Origin: an uncultured SAR86 cluster bacterium
Lineage (GTDB): Bacteria > Pseudomonadota > Gammaproteobacteria > Magnimaribacterales > AG-339-G14
Direction: 5' to 3'
DNA length: 64,000 nucleotides
NCBI GenBank assembly: GCA_902594855.1
Contig: CACJNS010000003.1
Coordinates: forward strand, 1,289 to 65,288
Below the pieces are notes generated by a model. It was not told the origin of the DNA and searched no databases. It saw nothing but the letters and a program-made list of their open reading frames with translations. The translations under genes were made by a program, and so were the position numbers. Below, piece after piece: positions 58,505-64,000 of the stretch. Every line of letters starts with the position of its first letter. Within the stretch, counting starts at the first letter, position 1.

Positions 58505-60409
58505 CTATTGTTCGTCCAAAAACGTTTCGATGAGGCTCAGATCTACGACTGGTATACCTCTTTTCTCTAATAACATTTGTTCTGCTTTCAAATAGTTGTA
58601 CTTTTCAGTGCTAATAGTTTGCATATCAGCAGCATTTTTAATTATTGTTGGTTTAAGGAACACGACAAGGTTTCTTTTCACCTTAGATTTTGACGTTGAT
58701 TTAAAGAGATTCCCAAATACTGGAATATCTCCTAGTCCCGGAACTTTTCTTTCAACCTCTTGAATATCTTCATCGATCAAACCCCCAAGCACAACGGTCT
58801 GTCTATCCTCAACCATGACTTTAGTTTGAATCTCTCTTTTATTTGTAATTATCTCTGACGCACTTTCTGTAATTGGCCCAAATAAACTGGAAACTTCTTG
58901 TTCGATATCAAGCCTAATTGAATCGCCGTCATTGATTTGCGGAGTTACCAAAAGTTTAATTCCTATTTCTTGACGATTGATAGTTCTGAAAGGATTCGCA
59001 TTGTTTGCCCCTAGTGATTCTCCAGTGGTGATAGGAATTTCTTGTCCAACTAAAATAGAAGAGGTTTCATTATCCATGGTTAAGATAGAAGGTGTAGATA
59101 GGACATTTGAATCAGAGTCTTTTGCAATAGCATTTAAAATAGATGCAAAGCTACTTTGACCCGCAACAATTTTTCCAATCCCAACCGCTATACCCTCAAT
59201 TCCAAGTAATGAGGATGCTGCAACTGACTTAACTGTTCCTGCTAATCCCTCTTCTGCCAAGAGACTTGAGCTAGAAGCAGCAAAAGCACTTAAATCAGGA
59301 TTTGGGCTTCCAAATCTTGTGCCAAATGCTGGTTGTTCAACACCATCGCCTTGAAAAAGAATCTGCACACCAAGATCTTTTGTAAGTTGTTCTGAGATTT
59401 CCACAATAATTGCTTCGACTAAGACCTGAGCTCTTCTGATATCAATTTTATCTATGACATCTTCTAATTGCCCTAGGATATCTGGATCTGCATTAATGAT
59501 TAAAGAGTTTGTCTCTTTATGAGCTGATATCGATGTCTTAATTTTCCCGCCAGAATTTCCTTGAGGACTCTTATCTATATTTTCTGCAACATTGGTCAGA
59601 ATATCCTTTATCTCCTCTGCGGATGCATATTTTAAATATCTGACTTTTAAACTTTTTGACTCACTAACTTCGTTATCTAAATCAAATGCTATGGATTTCA
59701 TTTTTGTCGTAACTTCTTGATTTCCAACCAACAAGACGGCATTAATACGATCAATTCCAAAAGCATTAAATTGTGCAGTTGTTCGGTTAGACGCACTCTT
59801 CAAATGCAGATCATTCAGAATCTTAGCCATTTCTTTAGAAGAAGAATTTTTAAGAGAAATTAATTCAACGAGATCTTGATCAAGTCGATCTAACTCATTT
59901 GCAATATTCATGATTTTTGTAATGTTCGATGCCTTATCTGCTATTAAAACTGCGTTTGCATCGACAAAAGCTTCAATATGACCTGACCTATTAGTAATAG
60001 GTTTCAATAAAGCTACTAAAGGCTTTGCAGAAATATTTTTTGGTCTAAAAACATTGATGGCCAATCCATCGGACAAGCTATTTTCAGAATAGTTAGCTTG
60101 AAATTCGGTTCTACCAACGACTTCGGGAACTATTTTGGCAAGATTCCCATAATCAACTACAGAATAAGCGTGGGCAGCCATGACAGATTTAAATACTTCG
60201 TAAGCCTCATCAATGCTTAAATCAATCTCAGATGCGACCGTTACCGAGCCTTTTACCCTGGGATCGACTACAAAGGTTTTATTGGTCACGCCGGCCATAT
60301 CTGATATAAAAACCTTGATGTCGGCATCACGTAAATTTATTTTTGCAGACGCCAATGACAAAGACGCACAGGCGAGCGCAAGGAGTAATATCCCTCTCGT
60401 AAAAATCAT
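58505..60409 (-). CDS. gspD: T2SS secretin D
   Basis: N0 domain (VDPRVKG), DIRRAQVLVEAIIVE, LSTPSILT.DN, VPGLGDIP..G.LF. Confidence 0.96.
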   Translation of the reverse strand: MIFTRGILLLALACASLSLASAKINLRDADIKVFISDMAGVTNKTFVVDPRVKGSVTVASEIDLSIDEAYEVFKSVMAAHAYSVVDYGNLAKIVPEVVGRTEFQANYSENSLSDGLAINVFRPKNISAKPLVALLKPITNRSGHIEAFVDANAVLIADKASNITKIMNIANELDRLDQDLVELISLKNSSSKEMAKILNDLHLKSASNRTTAQFNAFGIDRINAVLLVGNQEVTTKMKSIAFDLDNEVSESKSLKVRYLKYASAEEIKDILTNVAENIDKSPQGNSGGKIKTSISAHKETNSLIINADPDILGQLEDVIDKIDIRRAQVLVEAIIVEISEQLTKDLGVQILFQGDGVEQPAFGTRFGSPNPDLSAFAASSSSLLAEEGLAGTVKSVAASSLLGIEGIAVGIGKIVAGQSSFASILNAIAKDSDSNVLSTPSILTMDNETSSILVGQEIPITTGESLGANNANPFRTINRQEIGIKLLVTPQINDGDSIRLDIEQEVSSLFGPITESASEIITNKREIQTKVMVEDRQTVVLGGLIDEDIQEVERKVPGLGDIPVFGNLFKSTSKSKVKRNLVVFLKPTIIKNAADMQTISTEKYNYLKAEQMLLEKRGIPVVDLSLIETFLDEQ

Positions 60410-60412
60410 ATT

Positions 60413-61240
60413 TTAATTTAGGTTAATTGTAAGGGTGATTGGGATACCGTCTCTGATAACACCAACCTCTATATTTCTAACTTTTTGGTTTAGTTCTCGT
60501 TCTAGATCAACAGTCGTTACCTTTTGACCGTTGAAGGATGTAAGGATGTCTCCGGGTTCTAAATTATCATCTTGAAAAAATGGTGAAGATTTCACCGGAT
60601 TAACTCTTATTCCTAAAACTTCCCCATCTCTAATGACGGGATTGAATGAAATAAGCTCTTTGATTTCAAGATTTTCTAACCAATCTTTTGTTGCCACTTT
60701 GGATGGATCTATGGATTGTTTAAAACCTTTATTTTTTATAACCTCGGCAAAAGATAAGCTTTCAAGTTTTCCGTTTCTTCTCAGATTAACAAATGTGTCA
60801 TCTATAGATTCCACTACAAGATTACCTGAAATTTTATCTCCAATTTTATAGCTCCTCTGTTTTTCATTTGGAAGACCAATAATGGCAACATTTTCTTCTT
60901 TAGATTTTACAATTCCATACAATTTTATATTCAGATCAGTTTCAGGGCCTTTTTTATTGCTTTCAGAAGAATTAGCTATGGATTGATTGATAGCGCTTGC
61001 CTTAGCTGAAGAAAAAGGGTCCGAATTAAGCGCAACGTACTGTTGAGAAGTATTTACAACAGTAGAAGCTTTAAAATCTATGTCTGGAAACAATATGCTG
61101 TTGACAGAAGAATAAAGTTGAACGGAAATAAAAATAGCAAAAACAGAAGCAAAAACTAGACGGAATTTAAGAGCAAATTCAGTTGCGTGATTAAAAAAGC
61201 TCTGAAAATCGAGTTTAATGCCAAAAATCATAAATCTCAT
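60413..61240 (-). CDS. gspC: T2SS protein C with PDZ-like domain (start may be ATG 61231)
   Basis: TM helix, ETDLNIKLYG, LRRNGKLESL, LEPGDILTSFNG. Confidence 0.85.
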   Translation of the reverse strand: MRFMIFGIKLDFQSFFNHATEFALKFRLVFASVFAIFISVQLYSSVNSILFPDIDFKASTVVNTSQQYVALNSDPFSSAKASAINQSIANSSESNKKGPETDLNIKLYGIVKSKEENVAIIGLPNEKQRSYKIGDKISGNLVVESIDDTFVNLRRNGKLESLSFAEVIKNKGFKQSIDPSKVATKDWLENLEIKELISFNPVIRDGEVLGIRVNPVKSSPFFQDDNLEPGDILTSFNGQKVTTVDLERELNQKVRNIEVGVIRDGIPITLTINLN

Positions 61241-61271
61241 TATATATGTTTACTTAAAAACATAGTAATTT

Positions 61272-63773
61272 TTAGAAATTAACTTTAATACTGAATGAAT
61301 ATGATGTTGGATATTCGTATTGTTCTACCATTTCATCCAATTGAAAAACTTCATATTTTTCACCGGTTAAATTACCAAGCTTAAACCCTATTTCAAGATC
61401 ATTGTTTCCATTATAAATATAAGCAGTGTAATTAAAATCTAAAATTCCTGTACCTTGCTCAAAATAAGCAGGTGCGCCCTTAATTGGAGCTAATTCAGAT
61501 ATACGTTCTCCTGTGTAGTTATATGCAAGAATAACTTTGTGTGCATCCGTTTCATAGCCGAAAGTAAAGTTACCCAAAAAGTCTGACTGACCTTGCAGGC
61601 TTCTTTCTTCTTGAACAAACTGAGACGTTGTATCAACCTCTGAATTCATAAAGGTTAGATTGCTTCTTATGAAGAATGGGAAAAAATCATAAAAAATTTC
61701 AAATTCTGCACCGGTCATTTGACCTTCATCTACGTTTAAAAACTCTCTATAAAAAGTCCCTGGTTGAATTCCTTGTTCAATAGGATTTTTAAGATCTTTT
61801 GCAAACAATCCTGCAGAAAAATACTGACCACCATCACCAAAATACCATTCGTATCTAAAATCTAAATTGGTAATTTCGGTAATTTTTAGGTCAGGATTTC
61901 CCACGAAAGATCTGTTAGTGGCGGGATTAAAGAAAACAGACTGAGCTAATTCTCTAAAATTAGGCCTCACCACAGTCTCACTCACACCCAATCTTATTTG
62001 CATATTATTATCTAAGGTTTGAGTAAGAGTTATCGCAGGCAAAACTTTATCTAGCGCTAGATCGCTTCTGTCATTTTCAACTTTAGAGTATTTATTAAAG
62101 TTTGAAACATTGATATCAGAATCTTCATACCTAAATCCGATTGACAATCTTAGAGAATCTGTAAATTGACCATCGATACCAGTGTAAAAAGCTAGTATTT
62201 CTGAATCTGCTTCGTAGTAATCAGCTGCTCCAGTAATCTCGTTTATTTCCCATGTGTCTGGACCGATATTTTGTTCTGCAAAAAGCTCCGTTAAAGGCTG
62301 AGTAAGAAATGTCTCATCAAATACGGTCGTAGCAGTTGGAGAGCGATCAAATTCAAAATTAGAAATTTGATTATCTCTTTCTTTGAAATAATAGGAAGCT
62401 CCAGCTTTAAAATCCATGCTGACATTGCCAGCGATAATAAAGTATTTGATATCTGCCCCTATATCAACAACAGAGTCCTGAAGATCAAAAAACTTTAATC
62501 TAAATTTATCATTCCTGTTGCCAAAATATCTCGTTCCATCTTCGTAGACTTCATATTGTGTATCAAGGTTATTAGGGGATTCTCTGGTGCTGTCTGCAAA
62601 GGATGTACGCCAATTGAATTGCAAATCTCCCCAAAAGTGTTCTCCGGAAGCTTGGTTGGTCCAGACTTGTCTTTCAACCCACTCAACATAAGTTTTCTCC
62701 ATTGGAAAATTAGAAAGAGCTAAATCGCTGTAAATAAAAGATACTGTATCTGATGATTTTCGAGTTAAAAAACTGGTTAATTTTATTGTATGATCGTTAT
62801 CTATATTGAATCCCAGACCCAAAAGAGAAGATAGATTTATTGTGTTGGTTGAATTGGTAAACGTTTCTCTATCAAGAACTATTAAAACGTCCTCAGGATC
62901 TTCAGCATCTGAATTCCAAGAGTTTGAGTTACGCATTTTTTCTTGAGATTCCCATGCGTTTGAATAATTTAACGCAAAGATTAAGCCCATATCTCCTCTA
63001 TCGATATCAAACGAATCGCCAGTCGACAAAGACAAAGAAAAATTAGGATCTAAGGAAGAAGATTTTGTTCTTGTAGGCATGTTAGCTGCAAGTGCGACAC
63101 CAATTTCTTGAAGTTCTACTGGAGATAAGCCGCCTGAGAAGAAATTATTATTTCTTCTGATTATTTTACCTTCCGATTGTGCTTTTAAATATGCATTGGG
63201 TATCGCTCTATCTTCCGAACCAATGCCAAAAATATCTAAATCATAATTTGGAGCTGTTAAGAAACTTTTACCAGTGGTTAGGTTGTCACCGCCTAACGAG
63301 AAAGAGAAATCAGTAAAAGCTTGTTCGGGCACTGCAACCGTTCTTAGATTCACCACGCCTCCCCCAAAATTTCCAGGGTACTCAGGAGAAAAGGTTTTTT
63401 GAACTAAGACGCTTTCTAAGATATTAGTTGGAAATAAATCTAAAGGAACAACTCGACTTAGTGGTTCCGGTGATGCTATCGAAGAACCATCAAGCAAAGC
63501 AGTTGAATATCTATCGCCCAAACCCCTGACGTAAACGTATTTTCCTTCAACCAAACTAAGACCGGTTACTCTTTTCAAAGAGTCAGCTATATTGCTATCG
63601 CCTGCCTCAGACATTTGAGTCGAATCAATGACATTTGAAATTTCAGAAGTTGTTCGTTTTTCGTCTGGGATAAAAATTCCCGAAACTACTAATTCTTCAA
63701 AGTCGCCAGTATCTTGTGTAAAAGAGAGAGCAGAGTGGAAAATAAATAAAGATATCAGAGACAGTTGTTTCAT
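61272..63773 (-). CDS. TonB-dependent receptor (TBDR-4)
   Basis: [45 protein letters not shown], terminal F. Confidence 0.93.
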   Translation of the reverse strand: MKQLSLISLFIFHSALSFTQDTGDFEELVVSGIFIPDEKRTTSEISNVIDSTQMSEAGDSNIADSLKRVTGLSLVEGKYVYVRGLGDRYSTALLDGSSIASPEPLSRVVPLDLFPTNILESVLVQKTFSPEYPGNFGGGVVNLRTVAVPEQAFTDFSFSLGGDNLTTGKSFLTAPNYDLDIFGIGSEDRAIPNAYLKAQSEGKIIRRNNNFFSGGLSPVELQEIGVALAANMPTRTKSSSLDPNFSLSLSTGDSFDIDRGDMGLIFALNYSNAWESQEKMRNSNSWNSDAEDPEDVLIVLDRETFTNSTNTINLSSLLGLGFNIDNDHTIKLTSFLTRKSSDTVSFIYSDLALSNFPMEKTYVEWVERQVWTNQASGEHFWGDLQFNWRTSFADSTRESPNNLDTQYEVYEDGTRYFGNRNDKFRLKFFDLQDSVVDIGADIKYFIIAGNVSMDFKAGASYYFKERDNQISNFEFDRSPTATTVFDETFLTQPLTELFAEQNIGPDTWEINEITGAADYYEADSEILAFYTGIDGQFTDSLRLSIGFRYEDSDINVSNFNKYSKVENDRSDLALDKVLPAITLTQTLDNNMQIRLGVSETVVRPNFRELAQSVFFNPATNRSFVGNPDLKITEITNLDFRYEWYFGDGGQYFSAGLFAKDLKNPIEQGIQPGTFYREFLNVDEGQMTGAEFEIFYDFFPFFIRSNLTFMNSEVDTTSQFVQEERSLQGQSDFLGNFTFGYETDAHKVILAYNYTGERISELAPIKGAPAYFEQGTGILDFNYTAYIYNGNNDLEIGFKLGNLTGEKYEVFQLDEMVEQYEYPTSYSFSIKVNF

Positions 63774-63785
63774 TTTTTTAGCTCC

Positions 63786-63826
63786 AAAAAAAATTGAGCT
63801 ACCATTTTAAGGTGGTAGCTCAATTT
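63786..63826 (-). terminator. Intrinsic terminator between the ElpS-like gene and TBDR-4
   Basis: 14-bp stem AAATTGAGCTACCA/TGGTAGCTCAATTT followed by a T-tract, directly abutting the GGAG of TBDR-4. Confidence 0.85.
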
Positions 63827-63842
63827 ATCAATTGTTTTAGTC

Positions 63843-64000
63843 TTAAATATCAGACCAACCAGTAGTCCAGTCAGTTCCAGTAGATGGAACTGCACCGATC
63901 TCCGTTGGTACATCAAAGAAAGACCCTAATAACGCAGTATTAACTGTCACTGATGCCTCTGTAGCACCGTTTTTATATCCAGTTAACGAATTAGTACCTT
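63843..64000 (-). CDS. 3' end of a secreted/surface protein (ElpS-like)
   Basis: Manual translation: ...ALLGSFFDVPTEIGAVPSTGTDWTTGWSDI*. FF...IGA...DWTxGW is the C-terminal motif I associate with this lipoprotein family. Confidence 0.6.
   Translation of the reverse strand, partial: GTNSLTGYKNGATEASVTVNTALLGSFFDVPTEIGAVPSTGTDWTTGWSDI

Noticed and set aside
1246-63810. Many short ORFs in the track lying antisense to or nested in long genes (e.g. 3156-3470, 33276-33833, 36778-37170, 49961-50302, 56077-56379)
   Set aside because: They are shadows of well-supported genes, with no recognisable motifs or independent start signals.
1-64000. CRISPR array, IS/integrase, prophage, tRNA/rRNA or defence system
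   Set aside because: No spaced direct repeats, transposase/integrase/nuclease motifs or structural-RNA signatures seen; nearly all sequence is explained by CDSs.

Overview
AT-rich, tightly packed chromosomal segment of a streamlined marine gammaproteobacterium. A SAR86-like origin is my inference from gene content and composition. No rRNA, tRNA, CRISPR array or mobile element was recognised. Left part (1-25.5 kb): a partial ceramidase-family gene and an SLC13 permease; a compact signalling cluster (voltage-gated BacNav-family channel with an acidic TYDDW filter, TPR/beta-barrel protein, CHASE2 adenylate cyclase, DUF481 barrel, cyclic-nucleotide-gated K+ channel); three large tandem TonB-dependent receptors (TBDRs) with an interposed lipoprotein carboxylesterase; then ptrB, an lhgO-like oxidase and an AGCS symporter. 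Middle part: a trimmed holB-tmk-mltG-fabF-acpP-fabG-rpmF-rluC/rne core block, nudC, nhaB, dusA, mlaA, split metG, a ferredoxin-NADP reductase, fabD, argG, a ferritin/cupredoxin-lipoprotein islet, grxD, pdxJ and several hydrolases. Right part: a type II secretion cluster lacking gspH, preceded by a TBDR and a partial ElpS-like protein. Best candidate for an undescribed system: the cAMP / cNMP-gated K+ / putative Ca2+ channel locus. Other notable observations: deletion of the Zn-binding motifs from RNase E and GspE, an esterase signal peptide encoded through a terminator with no canonical start codon, CsrA-type sites in TBDR leaders, and several apparently leaderless genes.
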